64,000 bases of DNA from Caldisericia bacterium (GTDB lineage Bacteria; Caldisericota; Caldisericia; JAAYUI01): contig OY771555.1 in NCBI GenBank assembly GCA_963674785.1, forward strand, positions 160,001-224,000, in the 5' to 3' direction. The notes below the pieces were generated by a model. It was not told the origin of the DNA. It ran no database searches and worked only from the letters and a program-made list of their open reading frames with translations. Shown piece by piece: positions 51,156 to 61,987 of the stretch (positions are counted from its first letter, which is position 1; the number at the start of each line of letters is the position of its first letter). Position numbers and translations under genes: made by a program.

Positions 51156-52667
51156 TCAATGAACACTTACCATGAGTGCATCAAAATTTCCTGAAAAATC
51201 AGGGATACCCCAACAATGCAAAAGAGTTCCGACTTCTATTGTCTCAGGGTCAATAAACCCAAATCCACCCTCAATTACTTTACATCCTTTTCTGCAGTCA
51301 ACATCCAGTTTTTTTCCCTGAAGGTCATAGTTCATTGATCCGAGGCAATCTAGTTTTATTATTCCATTTTCATAACCTGTAAACCAGCCAGTTAATCTAA
51401 CACCCATTATCCCAAACTCAGGAACATACACTCCAACAGCTTTTCCATCTGTTAACCAGCTCAACAAAATTGTGTTTTCTTCAATTGCACCACCCGGTGA
51501 ATATATCCATGAGTAATCATCAATAAGTGATTTATGCTCATCTCCGAAGTAATCAGTTATGCTTTCTGTCTCTTCATTCCACACACCAAACACAAAATCC
51601 GAAGATTTCTTTGGGTCTGTTGTAATAACATCCACGTTTAGCTCATTTGAGTATTCACCAAAGATTCCAATCACTTCAACGGGATAATCAATTGGAATCT
51701 TTAAAAGCTCCTTGTAGTTAAGAATCAGACCATCATGGATAATCAGAGTGTTCTGGGAAAAGGTAGTCTTCAGTTCACATTCAACAAACTGGTTTACAAC
51801 ACATGAGATTTTAAGTGTTTCACCATTATTCTCTTTTACGACTCCAAGAATTCGTCCCCCATCTGTTGCCTGGCTAATATTGCACACGAGTGAATTAACA
51901 AGGATTGAATTTGAATCATTATCAATCAAACCGTTGCAAAGTGAGACTCTACCAGGGATTATCTGTGAGATGTTTATTCGATTTCGTCCCTCAAATATTT
52001 GACTTTCATCATCAAAAAACAATTCATACTCGCTACTTGTAATCTTTCTTCCATTCTTTTCGCTTTTGACAAAGAAGAATTCATTAAGATCATTTTTTCG
52101 AATCTGACCAGTAAACGTTGTTGGAGTTTCGATTCTTTCAGCAACAGCATAAACAATAATCATTTGATCTATCCTGACACCGAAAAGGTCGACTTTACCT
52201 ACAATACGACCCATTGAATCCCAAAGAAAATCTCCTGAGAAAACAGAGTTCGATGAAAAGATTGGAAAATATTTCTTTCCCAATGAATAAAAAAATCCAT
52301 CCTTAAATTCACCAGTAAAATGATCGCACCCTTCTCTACAAACCAGGGAATCTACACAACCTGATTCAAAATCCCAGTGTCCTGCAACAAATACATTTTT
52401 TGAGACTTTCGAGTCAAAAGATTTCTTTTCAAGCTCGAGCCGAATTGCCGCAAGATTCTCGTTAACCTCAGAATTTAGATAGTCCTCTGAGTTTATATAT
52501 TCTGGAATCAAGTAATAATCGAAATCATCTAGTCTTAAGACATTTCCAAAAAAAATTGAAATTGGGCCGTCATTTTGCTCAACCGAAAAAACGTTGTTTG
52601 CAGCAAAAGAAGGGAGTATCAAGCAAAAGGACACAAAAAAGAGGAGGATTTTCTTTGAAGAAATCAC
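51156..52667 (-). CDS. Secreted hypothetical protein with DUF5666/OB-like repeats
   Basis: Signal peptide and G.V....I.PG..V...G repeat pattern. Confidence 0.55.
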   Translation of the reverse strand: MISSKKILLFFVSFCLILPSFAANNVFSVEQNDGPISIFFGNVLRLDDFDYYLIPEYINSEDYLNSEVNENLAAIRLELEKKSFDSKVSKNVFVAGHWDFESGCVDSLVCREGCDHFTGEFKDGFFYSLGKKYFPIFSSNSVFSGDFLWDSMGRIVGKVDLFGVRIDQMIIVYAVAERIETPTTFTGQIRKNDLNEFFFVKSEKNGRKITSSEYELFFDDESQIFEGRNRINISQIIPGRVSLCNGLIDNDSNSILVNSLVCNISQATDGGRILGVVKENNGETLKISCVVNQFVECELKTTFSQNTLIIHDGLILNYKELLKIPIDYPVEVIGIFGEYSNELNVDVITTDPKKSSDFVFGVWNEETESITDYFGDEHKSLIDDYSWIYSPGGAIEENTILLSWLTDGKAVGVYVPEFGIMGVRLTGWFTGYENGIIKLDCLGSMNYDLQGKKLDVDCRKGCKVIEGGFGFIDPETIEVGTLLHCWGIPDFSGNFDALMVSVH

Positions 52668-53461
52668 TTGAATGCAATTCCAGCATAGGTGACAACATTG
52701 CTGAAATCATGACTCATTTCGCCAGAGTTTGAGTACGCAAGGAGTTTTCCAGATGTAGCTCCTCTTCTTTTTGAAAGCTCCGTAACAATTGAGATAGGAA
52801 TAACGCCACATATAGACATCTCTTTATCCACGGATATCTGAATAAACTTCTCCCAATCAAGCTCTTTTATAGAGTTGATTGCAACCTTATCTCTTGCCTT
52901 TGCTGTATACTCTGGTTCATAATGAGTAAAATCAGACGATGCAACAAAAAGGATATCCTTTCCATTGACACTCTTATCAATTGCATCAGCTATATCAATA
53001 ACAACATCAATATTGCTTGTTCCAATAGCTATCGGAACAATCCTCATGTTTTTATTCTTAATCTGGAAAAAAGGAAGCAACACCTCAATACTGTGTTCTG
53101 ACATGTGAGCCTTTTCATCTAGCTCAGCATATTCGGAATTCTTCGCAATTTCTTTTGCAAGCGAAGAGTCAACCTCAACATCACCAAGCGGAGTTTCCCA
53201 TTTTCCTTCTGGATACACAGAGACTGCAGTTCCTAATCCCGTATGGTTGGGTCCAAAGATTATCACTGTATCAGGCACCTTGATCTTTCCTACAACAGCA
53301 CCTGCGGTTTTTCCAGAATACATTATACCAGCATGAGGAACAACTATCCCAGGGATACTGACCTCTTTTCCAGACTCACCAAGAAAACCTTCAATTGCTT
53401 TTCTTAATTCTTCCGGATCTGAAGGATAAAATCTTCCTGATACACATGAAACTCTTTCCAT
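52664..53461 (-). CDS. MEMO1 family protein (AmmeMemoRadiSam protein B)
   Basis: GRFYP, VPHAG.MYSG, GPNHTG, EHSIEV.LPF, ASSDFTHY, SICG. Confidence 0.93.
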   Translation of the reverse strand: MERVSCVSGRFYPSDPEELRKAIEGFLGESGKEVSIPGIVVPHAGIMYSGKTAGAVVGKIKVPDTVIIFGPNHTGLGTAVSVYPEGKWETPLGDVEVDSSLAKEIAKNSEYAELDEKAHMSEHSIEVLLPFFQIKNKNMRIVPIAIGTSNIDVVIDIADAIDKSVNGKDILFVASSDFTHYEPEYTAKARDKVAINSIKELDWEKFIQISVDKEMSICGVIPISIVTELSKRRGATSGKLLAYSNSGEMSHDFSNVVTYAGIAFK

Positions 53462-53538
53462 ATAGATTAATGATATAAACTTGAAGTTACCGTGTCAATC
53501 TTGAAAGCTTAGCTCTTATCAATAACATCAATGAGTGT

Positions 53539-54171
53539 ATGTGCATACCAATACTTGATTGCGATAACACACTATACAAGAGCGATACCTTATTCGAGGT
53601 CATCGGCGAGAGAATTATTGATTTCATGAAGGTTAAGTTGGGATATCCCGACAATGAAAGCGTTCATGAGGTCAGGAAGAGCTACTGGAAAGATTATGGA
53701 ACAACTCTTGCTGGACTCATAAGGCATAACGATGTTGATCCTTCAGATTACCTTGAATATATTCATGACCTCAATCTCAAAGATTTCGTAAAACCAAATC
53801 CAATAGTCAGGAAAAATCTAACAGCAATTCCAAGTAAAAAAGTAATCATGAGTAACGCCCCTCGAAAACACGTGCTTGAAGTATTGGAAATACTTGAAAT
53901 TCCTGATATCCCAGAAAGAGTATATGCGATTGAGGAATTCAATTACGATGGAAAACCTTTTAAATCAAGTTATCAATATGTTCTAAAAGAGTCGAACATC
54001 AAACCAGAGGATGGAATTATGTTTGATGATTTCGAGCAGAACCTCGATGGCGCTAAATCAGTCGGACTTAAAACATGTCTTGTTGGGAAAGCCAATTCAA
54101 ACGGATTTGACTTCCAGATTAATGACATATCCGAGATATTAAAAGTGTTTTTTGTAAACCCGGAGGAGTAG
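53539..54171 (+). CDS. HAD pyrimidine 5'-nucleotidase-like hydrolase
   Basis: DCDNTLY, YWKDYGTTLAGL, MSNAP..H, KP, MFDD...NL..AK..GLKT. Confidence 0.88.
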   Translation: MCIPILDCDNTLYKSDTLFEVIGERIIDFMKVKLGYPDNESVHEVRKSYWKDYGTTLAGLIRHNDVDPSDYLEYIHDLNLKDFVKPNPIVRKNLTAIPSKKVIMSNAPRKHVLEVLEILEIPDIPERVYAIEEFNYDGKPFKSSYQYVLKESNIKPEDGIMFDDFEQNLDGAKSVGLKTCLVGKANSNGFDFQINDISEILKVFFVNPEE

Positions 54172-54172
54172 T

Positions 54173-57100
54173 ATGTTTAAGAAAGTTCTATCAATTCTTC
54201 TTGTAGTCTTTATGATCCAGATTCCGCAAATATCATTTGCGGCTGACCCCTCAATAAACGCTGAGGGCTCAGATGGTGCGATAACCATCTCATGGGAAGC
54301 ACATCCCGATGCAAGTTACTACGATGTGGTAATGATAAGACCAGAGATGGAATCACTGTCAGGTATATTTAGTGGAACAGAATGGGTAGTAGGTGACGCT
54401 GAACCAGACACAAAATATAGTTTTTTTGTTACAGCCTATGATTCAAATCTTAATCAGATATACAGGTACGATGAGGTATCAGCTGAAACAGATGCAGCAA
54501 AATCAACTCTAACGGCACCGTGCAATAAAATCCTTGCATTTACAATCAATCAAAAGCAATACACAATCGATGGTGAAAAAAGTGAAATGTCAACTGCCCC
54601 CATCATCAAAGGTGGTAGAAGCTTCCTTGTAATAAGATATGTTGTCGAACCAATCATGGGTGAAATCGGTTGGGAAGGGTCAACAAAAAAAATTACAATT
54701 TCAGCCCTCGGGCATGAAATAGAGATGTGGATTGGAAAGCCAATTGCACTCGTTGATGGAGTTGAAAGACCAATTGATCCGAACAACGCTGAGATTACAC
54801 CATTTATTGAAAACGGAAGAACTCTTGTTCCCCTAAGATTCCCAGTTGAGGCTCTTGGTTCTGGAAGCATTTCCTGGTTTGGTGACACAAAAACCGCGGT
54901 TCTTACCTTCCCAATGGGATGTGAAAGTGGAATCATCGGGAGAATAACTAACTCAGGGGAAGGATTCCTAGAGGTTTCCTCAGACTCAGGTCAAAAGGTG
55001 AAGTTTGATATTGACGGTACCTCACCATTCATCAACGGCTCATGTGTCAACATAAAATATGAAAAAATCGGGGATAAAAACATCATAGGCAGCATCACAA
55101 AAGCACCTTGTGATATGACATGCACCGGTGAAAAGGTCGCTGGCGAGGTAAAGGTTATTACTGGTGACGAAATAACAATTGAAGGACTTGATGGAAAATG
55201 GAATACATACAAGTACTCCACAGGAATCCTTAAACCAAAAGTGGGTCAGAAAATCAGTGGATGTGTAGATGGTGAAACATTAACAAAAATCAGTATTGAT
55301 CTTCCATCAAAAAAAGATATTGAGGGAGAGGTTCTTAAAAAAGATTGTGATAATAACCAGGTGATGATCTCTTCGGGTGATAAAACACTCAGAGTAGAAC
55401 TACGAGACCAGCTATCATGTGATGATTTCCCAGAGGGTGATTGTGTAAGAATTTCTGCAGAATCTCATCCACTTTCTCCAGACGTTGTTTTTGCTGATTC
55501 GGTAAAAGTTGTCCCCTGTGGTGAAAGAATCGAAAAAACTCTTTATGTCCAAAATTTCTGTGAATCAAATGCGATTGAAGCAATGGATATTGAAGGTAAC
55601 TCTTATGCTATAGAGTTGCCAACGTCACAACTTTGTGCATCATTAAAACCTGGAAACTGTATTTTGGTAAACGGAACAATCTCGGGAACTTTTATCTTTG
55701 CAGAAGACTTAAAAATCACAGATGCACCAAAAGAAGATAACTATTTGAGAGGCGTTATCTCGTCCCTTTCACCATTAAAGGTTTCACTTCCAGCGGGAAG
55801 TGAGTTTTCATTTGATAAACCAAAATACTTTGGGGCAGATTTGACTATTGGTCTTGGTATTGAACTTTGGGGTTCGATCTCTGATGATTTTATCAGAAGC
55901 GTTAAAATCAATATCTTGTCAGGGTTTCCAAGCACAATAACCGGAAGGGTAATTGGTGCAGTTTGTCAAGCAAAAAAAATACTCATCATCAACTCCGATG
56001 GAAAATTCGAAATCAAACTTCCCGAAAATATCAAATGTGAAGATATTCAAACAGGTTCATGTATCAATGCATTTGGGGAATCCTCTGATGATTCTTCATT
56101 TGATTCTGCACTTGTTCAAATCGTTCCTTGTGAATCCGAGTGTTACGGTCAAACTTTTGAAGGAATAATAATATCAACAAACTGTGATTATGGTGAAGTA
56201 TCAATCATTTTTGAAGATACCGAATACACAGTAAAAGTTCCTACTGATACAAATTGCTCAGAACTCAGCATTGGATCATGTGTGAAAATCTGTGGCTCTT
56301 TGGATGGAAAAATCATAACATCTGACTCATTTGAGGTTTTTGAGTGTTTAGAACCTGATTGCGCATCCGATATGATATATGGAATTGTCAGCTCAATTGA
56401 CCATGATTCAAGAGAAATAATCATCGAGACAGAGGATGAAACAATAAGTTCAATTGTTCCTATTACAACAGACATTGATAGCTTGGTTGTTTCTGACTGC
56501 GTTGAGTTTTGCGGAAATAAAGAAAACCCTGAATTTATGAGTCGTATTTTCTGTGAAGCTATTGACGACGTAATCTCTGGAACAGTAAAAGAAGCTCAAG
56601 ATAATGGATATCTTATTACCACAAAGGACGAAGAGCTTCTTCTTGTAACAAACAAGGAATTGTCTGTTGGGATGTGCATCAAAGCAATTGGAACAAAGAA
56701 GCTTCCAACATTCACTGCAAAAATTGTTTCCGTTGTCCCATGCTCAGATTCACCCACCCTGCAAGGCGAAATTGTTGGGGTTGATTGCTGGTCAAAAACA
56801 ATCTCAATAAAAACCTCATCTGGGACAGATACAGTAACCCTTGGCGAAAAAACACAGTGCGAAGACATTAATCTCGGTGACTGCATAATCTACAAAACAA
56901 CTGATGATGGACCTGAGATCGAAATCACCGATTGCTCTGAAAACATTACTGACACAATCCAGATCGCTATTACTTCGGCTGATGATGGATGGATTTATGG
57001 AACGACCTTAGATACCAAAAAGGCAATCAAAGTCAGAACATCAGAAAACTTTGAAATAGGCGATCTCCTGCTGGTTGACGGACACAGAGTCAATAGTTCA

Positions 57101-60100
57101 ACATTTGATAATACAGAGATTAGTGAAATTGGTGAAAAGTTTATCTCAAAGAAATCTGGCATTCTTCTCTTTGAGGGTTGGGAACCAAATTCAAAGGTAT
57201 GCTTCCTATCTGATAATCTAGGAACAAAACACATCGCAATATCACCAGAAATAGATTTTTCAGAAATCAAAATTGGGTCATATGTTGGAATTGATATGCT
57301 TGAGATTGATGGTGGATATGGAATCGGTTCAAAGATAATAACAAACGTTGACACACTCTCAAAGGATGATTTTGAATTCACACAGGTTGTTGGAGTTATC
57401 TTTGGAATAGATACAGTCGACAGTGTTATTTTGCTTCACACATACGAGGGAGATAATGTTATAGTCTCACCTTCAGACAGTTCAGTTCTGAAGACTCTTA
57501 AAACCGGTGACTGTGCGATCGCAAAAGGAAACTTGAAACTAGATACAATGTGGATCACCGAGGCAGCAATCGAAGCATCAGACTGTATGGGTGGTGAAAT
57601 TGGAAGACAATTCACAGGTGTCGTTGTTGGAATCGATGCAGTAGCAGGAAGACTTCAAGTTGCAAGCGATAACGGAGAGATATTATACACAGTGTGGCTT
57701 GAGGCTGTCTCACAGCTTACAGGATTAACTCTTGGAGATTGCGTTTCCTGCTCAGGTGTTCTCATTAAAAAGGATGATGAAAGCAACCTACTTGGAAGAG
57801 AAGTCACAAGGATAGATTGTTTAGCTGAGGCGAATAAACCAATTCTGATTGAAGGTGAAGTTGACCAAATTGATGAAGATGCAGGATTTGTAAGGATCAT
57901 AACAATTGATAAAACTTCTTGGAAAGCATTTTTGGCTGAGGATGCAAAAAACCATGATGTCGAAAAGGGAGATTTTGTTAGATGCTCTGGAAGACTTCAG
58001 GCCAAAAAAGGGATTATCGCCAAAGCATTTATAACTCCAATTACACCTGCAACATTCTACTGGAGCGTTTCAGGAGAAGTCACAGCAACAGAAGATAAAT
58101 CATTTGTACTCAAAGATAGCGATGGCAGAGACTGGAAAATGAAAGGCAATAAGCTTCCAGAGGCTGGTGATAAGATATTTGCAGTTGGAATTTTGCCAAT
58201 CGATGGTTTCGCAAGTCTGGATGATGTTAATTGGATCAGCATGGAAAACTGGGAAGAACCAATTACTAAAATCTCTGGTGTCGTTTTCGGTCTTTCATGT
58301 GGAATGGACAACCTTCTTCTAAGAGACAAATTCGCAACAATGACTTCCATAAGACTACCTAAAACTGGTTTCTGCGGTTACTTTACCGTTGGTGAATGTA
58401 TTGATATGAAGGGTCGACTCATGGCAAACATTCACGGAATGGCAAAAGTTACAAGCGTAACCCAGTCGACCGAGAACTGCTTTGAAAGAGAAGTAGCTGG
58501 TCGAGTGGTTGCAAGATCACTTGTTGATAAAGTTGCAGTTCTTCTGACAAGCGACGGAACAAAGATAAGACTTGGATTTGAAACTGAGGCAAAATGTGTC
58601 AAAGCTGAGGTTGGCAAACTTTATTCTGCAACAGGAAGATTTATGCCATACGCCCCTGATATTTTGAAAGTTGATTCTCTCAGCAAAATCAACAGTGTTG
58701 GTTCGTACAGCGCCGAAGGTATTATTGTTGCAAAAGCTGATGAAGTCATATATCTAAAGAATAACTCTGGGAAAATAGTAAGAGTAACTCTTCCGGAAGA
58801 CTCAAAATCATTCGATGGAATGATTGGTTGCAGAGTTACTGTTGAGGGTGAAAAAGACACTGATTCAAGCGTTAACGCAAAAAGCATCTCAGTTGTCAAC
58901 GACGAAGACATCGCAATCGAACTGGTTGGCAAAGTTATCAAATCGGGAAACGGGTATGCACTTCTTTCTGAGGAGGAGACCGGAAAAATATGGAGAATCG
59001 AATCTGATGATGATATTGCACTTGGTAACTCATTTGTTGTAGGATGGCAGAAAACAAACAGACATTGCATCATCACTGGTGCCAAGGTTATTAAGATCGA
59101 TAACGAACCCACAACACAGGTTTTGATGTGGGGAGTGGTCAAAACAACTGATTGTGACAACAATATTGTAGATATTCAATTGGACGATGGAACAGTTTAC
59201 GAGGTACATTCTGGATACTACGGTCAATGTGAAACATTTACTCCTGGAGAACTTGTTCAGATTGTTGGACAGGTTCAGCCAAAATCAGGCAAAGTTATAA
59301 CTGGTGCGAGAATGCTTAGACCTGGGCTTGTTGGTGACAGAAAAGTTATTGTCGGGGTAGTTACAGAGGTTTCATGCACTTCAAGAATTGTCAAACTTCA
59401 AGAGGACGACAGAGGAGATATTTCCGGTAACAACTGGGTTATCAGGCTTTCTGATGATGTAGTTTGCGAAGATATTGAAGTTGGAGACAGAATAAAGGTT
59501 GAGGGTGACCCAGTCACATCTGAAAAATATGTTCTTGAGGATGCAACTATCTCCTCACTTACTCAGAAGATTCAGGATGCTAAAATCCAGGGGAAACTCG
59601 TAACATTTGACCGGGATGAGAATATTTTGATTCTTCTTTCCGAAGGAAGATACTACAGGATAGTCCCAAAAAATGGTGACGCATTTGAAAGCACTCTTTT
59701 TGTTGGGGATGAAATAATTGTTACAGCAAAGATTGCCTCAAACAGAAAAACAATTCTTAAAGAGGCTACCTGGGAAATTGTTCCAGATGAGAAGGCATAC
59801 ATTGTTCTACATGGTTGGGTGGATGTAGCATCATGCCCAAAAATCAGGTTTTATACAAATGACGAGGAATTCTGGAGAATAAACATTGAGGAAGGTGAAC
59901 CATGCGAGATGCTCAATAAAGGTTCTAGAATTTCAGTGAAGGGATTAAAAGACCTCTCCCAGGATCATCTAATGCACCACGCCATGATTCTAAATTACAT
60001 GAAGAAAACCGTTTTCATGGGAATTATTGATGAAATAAACTGCTCAACCGGAATCGCTATCGTTGACATGGACGGCGCAAAAATGCAGGTTCATTTGGAA

Positions 60101-60949
60101 ACAGGATTTGATGGATGTCTTCAAGACAAATTCTCAAAGGGTGATGCAATTCAGGTTACGGGATGGAAACATGATCTATATCAAGAAGCCCCTGTTTACT
60201 TTGCAGAGTTCGAGAGGTTTGGTAATTCTGCAGGAATGATTCCTGTAGACTTCACAGGAGAAGTCTTAATCAATCCAGATTGCAAGAAAAATGAAGTCCA
60301 AGTAGCATCAAGCCATGTCATTTGGAGAGTAAGGCTTCCTGACGGTTATGACTGCAACAGCATAACTCAGGGTGATTGGATACACATCAAAGGTGGGATT
60401 GAGGATTGGGACAACAAGATTATCCTCGGTGAATCAATCGAAAAGGGACAGGCATGCATTTTTGGTTCCATTGCAAGAGCAAATTACAGCAAAAATGAAC
60501 TATTTGTACAAGAACTAGAAAAAGATCAACAATGGACAGTCACACTCCAAGATACAAGCAAGACTTCACAGTTTAGAACCGGTGATTTTGCAATCTTCTA
60601 CGGTGAAAGTTCATCAAGTAACAGAATGTCTATCTCAAACGCAACAGGAACAAAGCTTCAAGAAATCGAAGGAGTCGTAGATGAAATTGACTTGGCAAGT
60701 CAGTCAATCACCGTAATAAATGGAAAAAAGAAATACAAGGTGATGGTTAAAACTGATTGGATAACTGTTTCAGATTTTGAAAAAAACAAGGGTGTTTTTG
60801 CTGCAGGAATAAAAACAGACAAAAAGGCTGAGGATGGATCAATAATCTATGAAAACTGCTATATCAAATATGATATGAAGCTTGATCCAAAAAGTACTGG
60901 AAGTTCATATCCAAAACTCCTTGACGTAAGCTCCTGTATCCCAGATTAG
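54173..60949 (+). CDS. 2258-aa secreted protein: FN3 + copper amine oxidase stalk + long array of Cys-rich DUF5666/OB-like repeats
   Basis: Signal peptide, ITISWEA...EPDTKYSFFVTAY, GRTLVPLRF, then repeats of about 65-70 aa G.V...C...V.L....C..L..G.C....G. Confidence 0.85.
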   Translation: MFKKVLSILLVVFMIQIPQISFAADPSINAEGSDGAITISWEAHPDASYYDVVMIRPEMESLSGIFSGTEWVVGDAEPDTKYSFFVTAYDSNLNQIYRYDEVSAETDAAKSTLTAPCNKILAFTINQKQYTIDGEKSEMSTAPIIKGGRSFLVIRYVVEPIMGEIGWEGSTKKITISALGHEIEMWIGKPIALVDGVERPIDPNNAEITPFIENGRTLVPLRFPVEALGSGSISWFGDTKTAVLTFPMGCESGIIGRITNSGEGFLEVSSDSGQKVKFDIDGTSPFINGSCVNIKYEKIGDKNIIGSITKAPCDMTCTGEKVAGEVKVITGDEITIEGLDGKWNTYKYSTGILKPKVGQKISGCVDGETLTKISIDLPSKKDIEGEVLKKDCDNNQVMISSGDKTLRVELRDQLSCDDFPEGDCVRISAESHPLSPDVVFADSVKVVPCGERIEKTLYVQNFCESNAIEAMDIEGNSYAIELPTSQLCASLKPGNCILVNGTISGTFIFAEDLKITDAPKEDNYLRGVISSLSPLKVSLPAGSEFSFDKPKYFGADLTIGLGIELWGSISDDFIRSVKINILSGFPSTITGRVIGAVCQAKKILIINSDGKFEIKLPENIKCEDIQTGSCINAFGESSDDSSFDSALVQIVPCESECYGQTFEGIIISTNCDYGEVSIIFEDTEYTVKVPTDTNCSELSIGSCVKICGSLDGKIITSDSFEVFECLEPDCASDMIYGIVSSIDHDSREIIIETEDETISSIVPITTDIDSLVVSDCVEFCGNKENPEFMSRIFCEAIDDVISGTVKEAQDNGYLITTKDEELLLVTNKELSVGMCIKAIGTKKLPTFTAKIVSVVPCSDSPTLQGEIVGVDCWSKTISIKTSSGTDTVTLGEKTQCEDINLGDCIIYKTTDDGPEIEITDCSENITDTIQIAITSADDGWIYGTTLDTKKAIKVRTSENFEIGDLLLVDGHRVNSSTFDNTEISEIGEKFISKKSGILLFEGWEPNSKVCFLSDNLGTKHIAISPEIDFSEIKIGSYVGIDMLEIDGGYGIGSKIITNVDTLSKDDFEFTQVVGVIFGIDTVDSVILLHTYEGDNVIVSPSDSSVLKTLKTGDCAIAKGNLKLDTMWITEAAIEASDCMGGEIGRQFTGVVVGIDAVAGRLQVASDNGEILYTVWLEAVSQLTGLTLGDCVSCSGVLIKKDDESNLLGREVTRIDCLAEANKPILIEGEVDQIDEDAGFVRIITIDKTSWKAFLAEDAKNHDVEKGDFVRCSGRLQAKKGIIAKAFITPITPATFYWSVSGEVTATEDKSFVLKDSDGRDWKMKGNKLPEAGDKIFAVGILPIDGFASLDDVNWISMENWEEPITKISGVVFGLSCGMDNLLLRDKFATMTSIRLPKTGFCGYFTVGECIDMKGRLMANIHGMAKVTSVTQSTENCFEREVAGRVVARSLVDKVAVLLTSDGTKIRLGFETEAKCVKAEVGKLYSATGRFMPYAPDILKVDSLSKINSVGSYSAEGIIVAKADEVIYLKNNSGKIVRVTLPEDSKSFDGMIGCRVTVEGEKDTDSSVNAKSISVVNDEDIAIELVGKVIKSGNGYALLSEEETGKIWRIESDDDIALGNSFVVGWQKTNRHCIITGAKVIKIDNEPTTQVLMWGVVKTTDCDNNIVDIQLDDGTVYEVHSGYYGQCETFTPGELVQIVGQVQPKSGKVITGARMLRPGLVGDRKVIVGVVTEVSCTSRIVKLQEDDRGDISGNNWVIRLSDDVVCEDIEVGDRIKVEGDPVTSEKYVLEDATISSLTQKIQDAKIQGKLVTFDRDENILILLSEGRYYRIVPKNGDAFESTLFVGDEIIVTAKIASNRKTILKEATWEIVPDEKAYIVLHGWVDVASCPKIRFYTNDEEFWRINIEEGEPCEMLNKGSRISVKGLKDLSQDHLMHHAMILNYMKKTVFMGIIDEINCSTGIAIVDMDGAKMQVHLETGFDGCLQDKFSKGDAIQVTGWKHDLYQEAPVYFAEFERFGNSAGMIPVDFTGEVLINPDCKKNEVQVASSHVIWRVRLPDGYDCNSITQGDWIHIKGGIEDWDNKIILGESIEKGQACIFGSIARANYSKNELFVQELEKDQQWTVTLQDTSKTSQFRTGDFAIFYGESSSSNRMSISNATGTKLQEIEGVVDEIDLASQSITVINGKKKYKVMVKTDWITVSDFEKNKGVFAAGIKTDKKAEDGSIIYENCYIKYDMKLDPKSTGSSYPKLLDVSSCIPD

Positions 60950-60977
60950 ATTTTTTTGTTTCAAAATTGTTAATTTT

Positions 60978-61013
60978 GCGCCGAGGGTTTTCATCCTCGG
61001 CGCTTGTTATTTT
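60978..61013 (+). terminator. Rho-independent terminator between convergent genes
   Basis: GCGCCGAGGG-ttttca-TCCTCGGCGC-ttgttatttt. Confidence 0.75.
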
Positions 61014-61131
61014 ATAAGAGTTTTTTTGTATCGAATTGAAAAAATCATTTACAGAAACTCTTCTCACTTATTACAACTTAACTACCACATCAAAATACGC
61101 TAGGATTCTAGCTACGAACGAACTTTGAAGG

Positions 61132-61983
61132 CTATCCGTAGTTTGAAAGTTTTTCAAAAACTCTTTCTACCGAATCAATTGGAGTTGATGCACCAGAAAT
61201 CAACCCAATTGATTTGATTTGGGATGAAGAAACATAAACCGAGATTTCTTTCAGAAGTAACTCATCAAGATCATCGGAGCATTCAATCCAAATAGTTTTT
61301 GTGTTTTGTTTTTGGGAAATCTCAACAAGCCTTTTTGTATTCGCAGAATTTTTGCCACCAACAACAACCATTAGGGAAACTTTTTTTGCAAGCTCTGATG
61401 CATTTTTTTGTCTTGTCCTTGTTGAAGGGCAAATCGTATTTTCAATAAGTAATTGATTAGTTTTTTCAATAAGTGATGTAGATACATCCTTTAGGGTCTC
61501 TATATTCTGGGTTGTCTGACAAACAAGGGCAATCTTATCATAGCAAGCAACAAGGGAAGCCTCAACCGCGGAAGAAACGATGATTGGGTCTTTTGTATAA
61601 CTGCTTACTGATTTGATCTCCGGATGATTTTTATCTCCCAAAATAACAACTTTGTATCCTTGCTCACCAAGTCTTTCCACTTGTTTTTGAAACTTAACGA
61701 CAAAAGGACAGGTTGCATCGATAATTTTTTTATCAGAAAGAATACCTAAAATTCCCTTTGGTGCTCCATGGGCTGTGATAACTAAATTATCAGAGGTAGC
61801 ATCTGAGACTGATTCAACTGTTGATATTCCACGACTTTTAAGGTCTTCAACAACACTCGGATTGTGAACAAGCCATCCAAGAATCTGAACATCACCTTTC
61901 TTTGATGCAACCTCAACAATCTCTAGTGCCCTTTTTACGCCAAAACAAAAGCCCTGGGGATTTTCAGGTTTAATGACTTTCAT
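61132..61983 (-). CDS. ispH: 4-hydroxy-3-methylbut-2-enyl diphosphate reductase
   Basis: GFCFGVKRA, VHN, AHG, DATCPFV, HPE, QTT, TICPST..RQ, SANT, GASTP. Confidence 0.96.
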   Translation of the reverse strand: MKVIKPENPQGFCFGVKRALEIVEVASKKGDVQILGWLVHNPSVVEDLKSRGISTVESVSDATSDNLVITAHGAPKGILGILSDKKIIDATCPFVVKFQKQVERLGEQGYKVVILGDKNHPEIKSVSSYTKDPIIVSSAVEASLVACYDKIALVCQTTQNIETLKDVSTSLIEKTNQLLIENTICPSTRTRQKNASELAKKVSLMVVVGGKNSANTKRLVEISQKQNTKTIWIECSDDLDELLLKEISVYVSSSQIKSIGLISGASTPIDSVERVFEKLSNYG

Positions 61984-61987
61984 TTGA

